A stretch of DNA of 64,000 nucleotides, taken from contig ML978129.1 in NCBI GenBank assembly GCA_010015805.1, positions 372,001 through 436,000 of the forward strand, given 5' to 3'. Source of the DNA: Rhizodiscina lignyota (Eukaryota). Of this stretch, positions 22,938 to 33,888 are shown piece after piece; within the stretch, counting starts at the first letter, position 1, and every line of letters starts with the position of its first letter. The notes beneath the pieces are model-generated. The model was given only the letters and a program-made list of their open reading frames with translations. It made no database searches and was not told the origin of the DNA. Both the position numbers and the translations under genes were made by a program.

Positions 22938-25621
22938 ATGGCCGACCAACACCATTCAGAGCCGGACATGGCTCAATTCTTCGACTTTTCTGACGCCGAG
23001 ATGCCTGACGTCTCACAGGCAATCGCAGAATTCACGACGGCTCCGTCTCCGCAGCTTGCTCCTGCAACATGCCCAAACCATTTCAATGAAGGGTACAGCA
23101 CGCCCTTTCGTCATTCAAGTGCATTGGCTCACGTGTTCACAGCTGTCTTTGTCCCACTACGCTGGGCGACTTCACCAACAATGCCGACTTCGATCTTTTG
23201 CCCGATGTTGCAGGTGCCACTGATCCGACAATCCGGATCCCGAGATTCTCGAGACCCGAGGCTTCCTGCGAGTACTGCCGCATTATGAAGTTGGATTGCT
23301 TCTTCTCATTCGAAGCGCAAAAGAGTTGTACCTCTTGCACTGCCCTATTCCGGCCTTGTAGTTTCATTCAAGAACCAGCGAATGCCATGGCCACACTACA
23401 TCCAGTGATGGAAGACGTAATGATTGAACAAGGCAGCCAGACCGGGCTGATCGCCTTGAAGTCCTGGAACCACGCCCGAGGTGGTGACGATGAATCGAGG
23501 TTGCCTGGCAGGAAGACCGGCATCAGATTCTCTCGAGATAATATCAAGATTCTCAAAACTTGGATGATGGAGCATCACGATCACCCTTACCCAACCGAGG
23601 AAGAGAAGGAGGAGTTGTGCCAGAGAACCGGCCTCAAGTCGGTCCAAATCTCAAACTGGCTTGCCAACACTAGGCGCAGGACCAAACAGTCCATGCGCTC
23701 ATCATCGCCCAGTCTGCCATCATGGCCGAATACTGGCTCTGAGGCTATCAACATCAGACCAAATAAGCAGGGTTATACTCATAAGAGCAAAGAATGGGAG
23801 ACCATGACGCCCATGGACAGATGGAAAATCTCGCCACCTGAAAATGAACCTGCCAATGTTGAAGATATTGCGAACGCCGTTGCTAGTACCACATTGACGC
23901 CACCGGACTCTGCGTCACTACAGGAGAGCAGAAAGACCCGTGCAATTGGTTCAAGCGCAAACTCCGATTCGGGTTCGCTTTGGAAGGCAAGGTCGTCAGC
24001 TTCTCTGGACACAGGCTTCTCAGCTGTATCGAGTGGATCATTCTCTAATGCATCTCTCGGCTCGGCTCTCTCCCATGGCTCCTCTCGCAACTCCTTCAGC
24101 TCTCTCGGGAGTAAGGTGTCAAAAGACCGTAGACGACGACGTCGCACCGCAGCTAATCCATCGAAACGAGCCAGCGCAGATGATACTCGTCGCATCTTCC
24201 AATGTACATTCTGTACAGACACATTCAAGAACAAATATGACTGGTCGCGGCATGAGAAGTCTTTGCATCTGAGCTTGGAGAAGTGGATATGCTCTCCAAT
24301 CGGTGAAGTCTTAACTGACCCTTCGACTGGGATAAAGAAGTGTGTGTTCTGCGACGAGGTCAACCCAAGCAATGCCCATCTTGAGCAACACAACTATCGC
24401 GCCTGTGAGGAGAAAGGCTTGCAAGCCCGTACGTTCTACAGGAAGGATCATCTTCGGCAGCACCTGCGTCTGATGCACAACTGCAAGATGATTGCGAGCA
24501 TGGAGGCATGGAAGAGCGAAGCGGCATATATTAAATGCCGCTGCGGTTTCTGTGGTGCTGAATTTAATCGCTGGAGCGATCGAGTGGATCATATTGCGAA
24601 GCACTTCCGCAATGGCGCGCATATGAGAGATTGGAAGGGCTGCAGAGGATTTGAACCGAGTGTCGCCGCACAAGTCACCAACGCTATGCCACCGTATCTC
24701 ATTGCCAATGAGGCGAAGTCACCCTTCCCATTCTCTGCGACCAACGAAAGCAGCATCAGACACCATTACCCGACGGCTGGCGAAGGGATGGACCTTGAAG
24801 CCATACTTCCAACTACCTCACTGGGTGTGTACGATATGTGCCAAACCGCAGCCGTAGGCCCTTCGCGGCAAAATTCTTTGCCCTCACTGACAGTATCCGA
24901 CTCCTTACAAACACCGCCTTCCACTTCGCTCACCGGAGCACATCAATATCCCCAGTATCCTTATCCATATGGCCGGCCCACCGTTGGTAGCACAACCTGC
25001 TGGGAGATCTTGACTGTCAGACTCGGACGCTACGTTGCAGACCAAATGAATAAATCACCTGGCGAGCTCATAACAGACGAGCAGCTGCAACGGGAGGCTC
25101 GGATCATTCTCTACGACGACGACGACACTTGGAACCAGACCGCTGCCGATAATCCGGAGTGGCTGAGCTTGTTCAAACAGGCTCATGGCCTCGCTCAAAA
25201 GGAAGAGAACAACATCGACCCGATTGAGGATCTTGGAATTGGAGATTTCACATTCGATCATTTCTTCGAGGGCTCCAACGCTGGGCTCGGAGGTCTCAGC
25301 CTTGCGGAGGACCTCGAGATTCCAACCACGACCGCCCTCGACGCCGTCATCGGTACGGGCGACCTGGGATTCGGTGCGCTGACAACTCATGCGCCGGGAG
25401 TAGGCGAGTTTGCCGCTATGAGCATGGGTCTCGATTACCAGGAATTGGAGAGCGCTGTCAAGTCGAGCGCACAGATAGAGATGATGCGACCTGCTGTCGA
25501 CCTGATGGACCTGCATTGTCTGTATGCAGATTGTCGGAACGAACCGATTGAGAACCCACTTCCCACCACATCTGCTGGTGAGAATTGTGGCGAGAATTGT
25601 GCACAGCGATCTCTTTCTTAA
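22938..25621 (+). CDS. Transcription factor with a Zn2Cys6-like cluster, TALE/KN homeodomain and C2H2 zinc fingers
   Basis: Intron 23093-23142 links MADQHH... to the 807-aa ORF. CEYC-x6-C-x9-CTSC-x6-C; ILKTWMMEHHDHPYPTEEEKEELCQRTGLKSVQISNWLANTRRR; FQCTFCTDTFKNKYDWSRHEKSLH; CGFCGAEFNRWSDRVDHIAKHF. Confidence 0.92.
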
Positions 25622-26091
25622 CGAAGCTGATGACAAAGGTTTCTTTTGCGTAATATCTTCGCGCGTTACTGGTTTTTGCAGGTTTCATTTCTAGCAGTTA
25701 AAAAAAAAGCAATGGAATTATCTCTCGTCAAGGACGCAATTTTGTCAACTTAGAGAGGCTTTACTGGATCAAGGAGCTCAAGGTCAAACAAGGTCATATT
25801 TAATAAATAATGACATAATGTTCACTGTCGTCATCATTTCCTCCTTTACCGAAATGCACACTCTGGAGTCTGAAGTAAGCGGATATTCTTGCACGACCAG
25901 AATGCACTGACAAACGATCGATTAACTTGTTTCCTGTTAACTTTATCTATGTTTCTTGTCTATAACAACTGTTCTCCTTAGAAGCAGCTTTTGGATTACT
26001 GATAACATTTCTCTATATGGTCTTCAATTGGGTATCTTGGCATTGGTTTTGATATTCCTTGACCGGTGCAATGATTGACTCCCAATACGGC

Positions 26092-27965
26092 TCAGACTTC
26101 TTTCGTTCCGATTTCAGTGGTAATGGCGTTCTTCTCGTCCAATTCCTGCCCGTCTCCGATGGAGTGCGGAGTGTGTACACCATCATTTTCATATCTCACG
26201 CCATCGATCACCGAAACCTCGCCGTACATCGGCGCGTCGATAAGAGTTTCGTTGGCGGGAAAGAAACGATTCAGCGTAACGTAGACGACCGCGGCGCTTG
26301 AAAAGCCCCAAAGGTAACTCATATCCCAGATGCGTTCGATCCCACTATTCAGCGAGACAGTAGGACTAACTGCTTTCGCCAAGCCAGGGATATTTGGCGT
26401 GACTGAAACTAAGAAGGAAACTGCTGCGCGCCAATTTATACCAGCTTGATACCGGTAGCGGCCATATCGTCGGTACAGGCTTGGGACATCGTAGTTGCGA
26501 TGCTTGACGATCCAGTAGTCTGTCGCAAGAATTGCCGCGATGGGTGCGAGGAAGATGGAGAGCCCAGACATGAAGGTAAGCAGTGAGCTAGCGGAATGCA
26601 CGATCTTCCACGGGACCATGATCCAGCCTGCAGTGATAGTCGCAATGATAGCGCTACGTCGAATGTTGAGGTATTTCGGGAGGAGGCCAGTCAAGTCATT
26701 GGCACAGGAGATGACGTTGGCAGACAAATTAGTACCTATTTGTGCGACGACCTGGAGCATATTAGCACAACCTGCTATGTTTGGCTGGAGGGAGAAAATG
26801 CGAACCCAGCAAAACCCGACAAAAAAGGCCCCGCATCGTCCCCATGGGTCATCCCATCGGTCAGCAAGGTCAGTCGGGCTCCAGATATATTCGCCGTAGA
26901 CTACCTTTGCCGCGCTGGTGCTGATGATGCCGAACATGGCGAGCAAAAGACTCAGGAAAGGCAATGCAAACCCTTGCCAATACACTCCTTTATGAGTACG
27001 CATGTACCGCGTAAAATCAGGAATGTTGGTGGCCATCGTAGCCCTAGCGACACTGAGTCAGTATGCTTCTTTCCAATTCTCTTGAGCAAAGGACACCTAC
27101 CAGCCACCACAGACACTTGAGAAGCTGCTGAGTGTCACCCACGCCCGAGTGGATCCTGATACTTGGTAAGGCTGGTTCCAGATATCGCCTGTGGAGCCAG
27201 CCTTCTTGGCCATGGCAATCACCACAGCGACACTGACGATCGGAACGATGAATGTCTTGAAGGCAAAGAACCACTTGAGCTTATGCGGAGCAATAAGCAG
27301 GATCGGAAACTGAATTGACCAGAACACGAAATGCGCGATCAGCTGAGCTGAAGTCAGGCCAGCACTCTCGGGGAAAGCATTGGGCAGGTGCCGGAATGAC
27401 GGCCAGATCGCACGAATACATTGGTACATGGCCAGACTCCCGGTCCATGTTTGTATCGCATGCCAAAACAATGCGGTAATCGCTCGAGTGACGATTGCGA
27501 AGCGCGAGAGGTAGAAGCCGAACGATGCCCTAGCGACTATTGGAAATGGAATGTGATAGTGTGCTCCAATGATGCCGTTAAGCACCAAAGGCACTGTGTC
27601 CGTTATTGATCCAAATATAGCTATCATTGTTAGCAAATTCAAAATCGCCATGGGGTCATTCCCGCCGACATACTGCAAACTACGGCTTCTCTCCAAGTCA
27701 AACCCGCAGCAATGATAGAGCTAGGTGCCTCCCAGGCTTGAGCGTTGAGAGCATCACTGCACCAAAATCCGAGGATTGTCCACGAAGTCCAAGTGCGCCG
27801 TTCGAGAGGCGTGACATCGGTATCGATATTCGAATAAGCACCGTCGTCGGCAAATGTCGTTGCCTGGCGTGGGAGAATCCAGCCTCGGCCATGAAGCCGA
27901 TCATCAGCCTTCTTCAGAACATGGGCTGTTGAGGATTTCACCCGCTGCCTCAGTACCTCTGTCAT
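26092..27965 (-). CDS. NCS1 family nucleobase:cation symporter (Fur4/Dal4-like); multi-exon
   Basis: WTSWTILGFWCSD, YHIPFPIVARASFG, W|ATMATNIPDFTRY, GTNLSANVISCANDL, LPKYLNIRR, and GINWRAAVSF. Confidence 0.92.
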
Positions 27966-28101
27966 GCTTGTTTGGTTCCGTTAAATAAGTCTCTCTTCCA
28001 AAAGGCAATGCTCGTAGGAGAAGGCAGAATTGATGAAGTTATGGGACTAGAAGACTTTCATGACTTGAACGCGTAGAAATGGAAATTTCGCCTAGCTACT
28101 G

Positions 28102-28330
28102 GATAAGTCGGAACTTGAGTACTTGGAAATAAAAAAACGAGGATTCCATTATCTCCATATTAGACTAGGAAACTTCGTCGGAAGTACGACATGCGATCTT
28201 TGCTCTACGTGCGGCGAACGTGCCGCCGGAGATCCTTGAGGTCCATGACTCTTTTGATAGAATACTCGGTCGTCTTGGACGAGAACTATTCTCTTCCATT
28301 AGTACATCTTATCAAGGGATTCTCTTATCA
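28102..28330. promoter_or_regulatory. Cluster of GATA sites upstream of the NCS1 permease (putative AreA/Nit2 nitrogen regulation)
   Basis: GATAAG 28102, ATTATCT 28148, TGATAG 28255, CTTATCA 28308 and CTTATCA 28324, all within 370 bp of the start codon. Confidence 0.55.
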
Positions 28331-29534
28331 GCGGTGAAAATTTTAACGCCAGTGGATCTGAGTGGTTCTGCACATGAAGCCTTGTAAGCCCAATCAGCGT
28401 TGAAGGAGCAGTGCACACCCTGTGAGGCACGCGATGATCTCAGTTGCCCTTCTAGGATTTTCGTCCAACGCCATTATGAAGGGAAAAACGCCGACGGCCA
28501 TAAGGATTCGGCTCGACTCACGAACGAAAGGCGGACCCAATGTTTTGGATGCCGATGCCGATAAGGACGAGAAGCACCACCCAGCCTCCCACCCGGAGAT
28601 TGACCGATTTAACGGCGCAACCCGCCCAGAAATTGGGCTTAGCTTGTGGCTGGGTGGCTGGCGCCTTTGTTCCGGCTCCTGGCCATAGACAACTACCCAG
28701 GTGGTACGTTCAATCCTGCGAGAGACATGCAAAGAGACAACACAACCGCTTACATTGCTTGACGATTTCATCGCCAAACCTGGCTCAATACTCCATTGCA
28801 GCGCCTCAAGCAGATTTCACCAATGAAAGCGCAGATCTCTATCGCACAATATTGCAACGCCTTGTTCTGACCTCGAGACAGTGGAAATATATAAATCTCG
28901 GCCTGGGAGGCCTCACAAACATGACTGAACCTCAGAATGCTTTCCAGGCTCCAATCCGGTAAGTTAGCAACAAATAGCGATCTCCTCCAAGCTTAGAGCA
29001 AGGCTTTCGGTCGCGATTCTGCCGCAAGAGACACAGCCTTGTTTTCTCGACGGGCTTCATTCATTAGGCGGGTCTTTGAATTGCATAGGAAATCGACACA
29101 TTAAGGAGAGGCGTACAGCGTAGAATTGCCACTCTGGAAGAACACACAGCAATAGCAGGCAATTGCGCGCACTAATGCGCGTGGCCACACTTTGCAATCA
29201 ACACCGACAAACTCGTCAATTGTATAGACTGTCAGTCTTCAGGAGTTAGATATTACACGGACCTTTCGTACAGCGATTTTACGCCAGTGCGCCTTCGGAA
29301 TTGCCAAATTCCTCGAGTCGTCTAGGTGTATATACTTTGAGATAGCAATTCATATGCACTTTGCTCGGTTGCGAGTGCAGAACCTGAGAGAAAGGACAAG
29401 GAATTAAATCCATCACTGTTCTGCTTCTGGAGCCATTCAGCATCGATCCTTGAGGCCACTTGCTGAGTAGTAAACGGCGTGAAGGGTACATAAACAACTG
29501 CTGATTTGGCTAGGAGGATATCCATTCAAATAGG

Positions 29535-32500
29535 TCAATTCCAGGGCCATAATAATCTTCCGAGTCTCCGCAACAGTCCTGTTTCTGCGCGTCTCCGCTC
29601 GACGATCTCTAACAGCTCCCTGGCTTCGTTTTGGTCGAAGATGCCTTTAATGGCATCGTCCAGGCATACCTCCTGAGGCAGTTGCATTGACTTAAACCCC
29701 GATCGTACTGTGGTACTTTCTCCATTGTCAACCTGGACGTGAGGATCAGCTCCAGATAGCAATAGCATGCGTACTTCTTTGGCATTCCGCGAGCGAAATT
29801 GTTTCCCGGGAGCAGCGTACATCTGTCCGAGACGTGCTTTCCAGACCGATGTTCCATATTTGTCGCACTCGAAATTCGGATTGGCTCCGTGGGCCAGAAA
29901 TCGCTCGATCCAGCGCAAGCGAAGGTCTTCGGTACCATTTTTGCGGATATTAAGCATCAGGGAAACCCATTCAAGGCTATTGGGATTGGCGCCGCTTTCG
30001 AGTAATGCTTTCACCATCATGTCGGAAGACTGTACTATGATTTGGTTATGGTAGATTCCATCGCTCGTGAATCCAGCCTTGTTGACTGGAGTCCTGGCCC
30101 ACACACGGAGGACTTCCTTCAAATACGAAGTCCACACTGTTTTTCGGCTGCTTGCGCTATTATTCTCGTTGGGATCGGCGCCTTGTTTGAGGAGGATGTA
30201 AACCATGTCTGTGGGGTCTATTCGAGGATGTTTGCTATTCCAGTCTAACCAGTCAGGTTGCAGGGCTTGTGAAAGAAGTGGACGCCTCCAGGATGATCGT
30301 ATATGACATTGTCCGAGGTCTAATTTCTCCTTCACATAGAGATGGGTACCGCCTTGCACACACAGTTCGAAGAGAGAGTTAGTAGGGAAAGATCTTGGCA
30401 AATGGTTGTGAACGCAGACTACATGCTCTTGCAAAGACATCGATGGATTGCTAGGCCAGCGAGAGCTGAGACATAGAGTACGATCAAGCTCATCAAGCAC
30501 ATCGGCCAGTGAACTGTTCGTTTCAGCTTCTACTTGCGAGGCGCAGAATATTAGATCGTCGATCAAATCTAGGAGCATATCGGCGCGGTCGTGGACATTC
30601 GGTATGGCTTTGACCATACCGAGTATTGCGTGTGCAGTGGAAGCGTTTGGATCAAACAAGGGGCCAATTTGTTGTGCAAATCGTTTCTGTAGGCTGGGAT
30701 GCTTGAGGAATTCAGCCACCGTTCGATGCAAGAAGTCCACGCGGTGAAGGCCGAGGGTATCGCCGGCGTAGTCTTCGTCTCGTCGAACTTCAAGTAAGCC
30801 CATTGATCGCGCGGCAATCCGCTTTTGCATCTGCGATTCCCTCCGAGTAAGGTTTGCTTTCTCCATCTCCCGTATTAATGTGACATTGTCCCTCCATGGT
30901 TGAACATCCATCTTTAGAGTAGAACTGGGATCCTCTTCAAGGTCATCCAAGAAGAAATGTATGAGGAGATACAGCGGCTCGTCGCACGTGAGACTCAGTT
31001 GGAAAGTTCGTGCCATCTGTGTCTGATAAATGTCGTCGACCGAATCCAACATATGCTGGAAGTATTCTTCGAGATCTGACGGAAGTAATCGGAGCCTCTT
31101 CTGCAATGTTTGAAGAGTATCGGCGTTTGTTAGCCCATCCAAGAGAGATCGGACAACTAGAAATACCCAAAAGAAGACACCTTGGGCTTTGTCAACGATC
31201 TCAACCACAAGTTGATCATATCTATCATCTTCTTTCCTCGCATGGACAAAGGTTGGGTCCTCCTCTAATTTATTGCGCACATAGAGCGCTATGTCATCTC
31301 GGGTCAAGTCTTGTAGACAAATCCTGCGATCATGGTAGCCATCAAAAGCTGTCTGAAAGATCGGCCAAGGACGACTAGAGGCACAGATCTTCACATTCTC
31401 CTCAGCAGAGATGTCTTGGAGAACACCGAGGATATCGCGAGGATCGCCGAAGTATTCATCCAGACCATCCACGAAGAAACAGAAGCACGTTGAGGCCTTG
31501 AGCTTTCCCCTCAACATACGTAGAGTCTGAAATAGCTCTGCTCGATCCCAGGGTTCTTGGCTGGCACTTTTCAATCGGTGCGGCAACGCTACTGAGATTG
31601 CATCGGGACACTTCCTGAGGATCTCATAAAGCAATGTTTGCAAGAGGCCTTCTTGAGATCTCTGCTTTGTGGTTCCGGAATGCCAGAAGAAGAAGGATGC
31701 AGTCACAAGCTTATTACGCCCAGACCATACTCGTAAAGCATCAACGGTTTGAGGATGATTGCATATGAACTTCATAAGCGTCGACTTGCCAGAACCCGGC
31801 TTTCCGCTGATCCAAAACATGCCACTGTCGATATTAGGCTGCTTTAGCCAATGCACGAATTTGATGCGTGATTTTGGGTCATCCACCACGTCATGGTTAT
31901 CGAATATCCATTGGAATGTTTTCGTATGGGCTTCAGGAATAATAGATCGTCGGACTCTCATTTGCTTGAATCTTAGGCTTTCTAAGATCTTTTGTTCGAC
32001 AAGCAGATCCGAGCTGGTCGAGGCAAGATCAGACACCGTCTTGTGGAAGGTCTTGAAGTCAGCCTTGCTGATCATTCCGGAGACTGAGTGGCCAAACGAC
32101 TCTACTTTGGACGCAAGATCTTGTATTTGCTTGTTGCGGTCGATTTCCATTCTTCGGTTTGCATCCGAGAGATCGTCGAGGATTCGGAGAACATCGGACT
32201 GTCGATCACTTGAGAAGAGATTGTTAGAGATCTAAAGGACTAATTTTATTTTGATTCCGTCTCACCTCAACAATCCTACAAGCCGCAACAAGAGCTCAGA
32301 CTTGACATCATTTAGACGCCGCTCAAGCTCACGGATGCGGCCTTCCTTCCAATAGCTCCTCAGAGCCTGACGGAAGCTCTGCCATATTTTGGAGATCTTC
32401 GGATCTTCGTCACGCCGGAGTTCCTTCAGTATGTTTCGAAGTCTTTTCGCGTCTTCCATGCAGCCTCTTGCCAACTTCTCCACTGCTTTTTCATGGGCGG

Positions 32501-32729
32501 GAATGTTCGAGGGAAAGGCCCCTCCTGTTGCTCCTCGTGGTCCTAGGCTGAGGTTACGAATGAAGTCCGAGAAGTCATCTTCGATCTTAGCAAGGTGTAC
32601 ATGTCTTTCAGGAGCCCCATCTGCAGATTCATATATTTCGTATGTGCTGCTGAGAAGCTTCGAGCAAAAATCGACGAATTGAATTACATTTCCGGCCAGG
32701 GCCAGCGCCGTAAATCCATCCAAGACCAT
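29535..32729 (-). CDS. NACHT-domain STAND / fungal NLR-like protein (about 1045 aa) with an N-terminal helical (HeLo-like/SesA-type) domain and degenerate ankyrin-like C-terminus
   Basis: N-terminus MVLDGFTALALAGNVIQFVDFCSKLL. Intron 32265-32209 restores the frame into the 871-aa ORF. Walker A WISGKPGSGKSTLMK, Walker B CFFVDGLDEY, KICASSRP, KAQGVFFWV, VDFLHRTVAEFL, and four LL..GA(D/N)P motifs. Confidence 0.9.
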
Positions 32730-33155
32730 TGTTAAACTTGGCCACGGGTCAATAGCCTCGTGAGTAATTCGCACAGCTGCAAGATGCTTAAGGCACGCGC
32801 TCAATGGCTCAGTACGCTGGCGGAACAACAGTAATAGTTAAAATGAGGTTGCGAGAACTTGGCAGGAAGTCATGACTTTGCAACGAGAGATAGTCGGAAT
32901 CGAATAGATGAGAAGAGCGAAAGCTTACCGGTGCACAACGTTGCCGGGACGTCTGCAAGGCTGCGCTATGCAGGGATGGGAGGCATAGTCGACAAGCTGC
33001 GCCTTGCCCATGTGGTCCAATGATGGGAAAGACGGCGCAATGAGCTCTGAACACACGAAACGGAAGGCTGCTTGAACTCAACCATGATGAACTTGAGAGG
33101 GGCACTGGGCGAATACGATATATAAGAGAGAGGGTGTGGATGGTTGCTGTACGTA

Positions 33156-33179
33156 GCGTTCCGGCGTTCCGGCGTTCCG
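33156..33179. repeat. 8-bp tandem repeat (GCGTTCCG)x3 in the NACHT/T5orf172 divergent promoter
   Basis: gcgttccg gcgttccg gcgttccg, three exact copies. Confidence 0.85.
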
Positions 33180-33888
33180 CTTCGTGTGGGAATCGGTCTC
33201 TGCAATGGACGGGAGTCTCGTACGGGTTCTTGTTACTATGTAGTCCTTTCAAGTAGCGATAATCGTTCCACCCTTATCGACAGCGTTGAACACATTGAGA
33301 CGTCAGGAGAGTCCTAGCAACTGGGTGGCTGGCTGGGTGCCACCCCTGGTAAGCGGCGGGACGCCCCGGCGGTTGGACTAACCACCCCATATTACGGTAT
33401 AGCCAGTTGATCGATCGAATGAAGTCAACTAGGAGTCCAGTTCATCTTTTATTCAATTTTTTTGTGGTGCGAAGAAGTTAGGGAGAAGCCAATTATAGCT
33501 AATCATGCTCCATTCGATCGAAACGGCGTGTATCGTAAATGGCCTCGCCTATGCATCCACTGTATCAGCCATTGCGGCACAGCAATATTGCTCTCCATCC
33601 CTGCGTACGAGTCCTACCTCCTTGGGCGGCTCTCTGACAAACCTGAAATTCTTTCAATCCTTCCTCCAGTGGCTGAGCTTCTGCCTGTGAATCCTTCGAT
33701 TAGGTACAGACTTAGTCTCTGCGACAATTAACCATACATACCGGGCACTTTGCGATACGACTTCCTGACTTTCTCTCTCCTCTCTCTGCTTGACTCAACC
33801 ATCTCTCTTTAAAAACACAAGCAGTATCAAGCTGAGAGCATAATTCATACTTCGGATAAGCTCGAGAACTATTGTTATCCTTCTCGCC

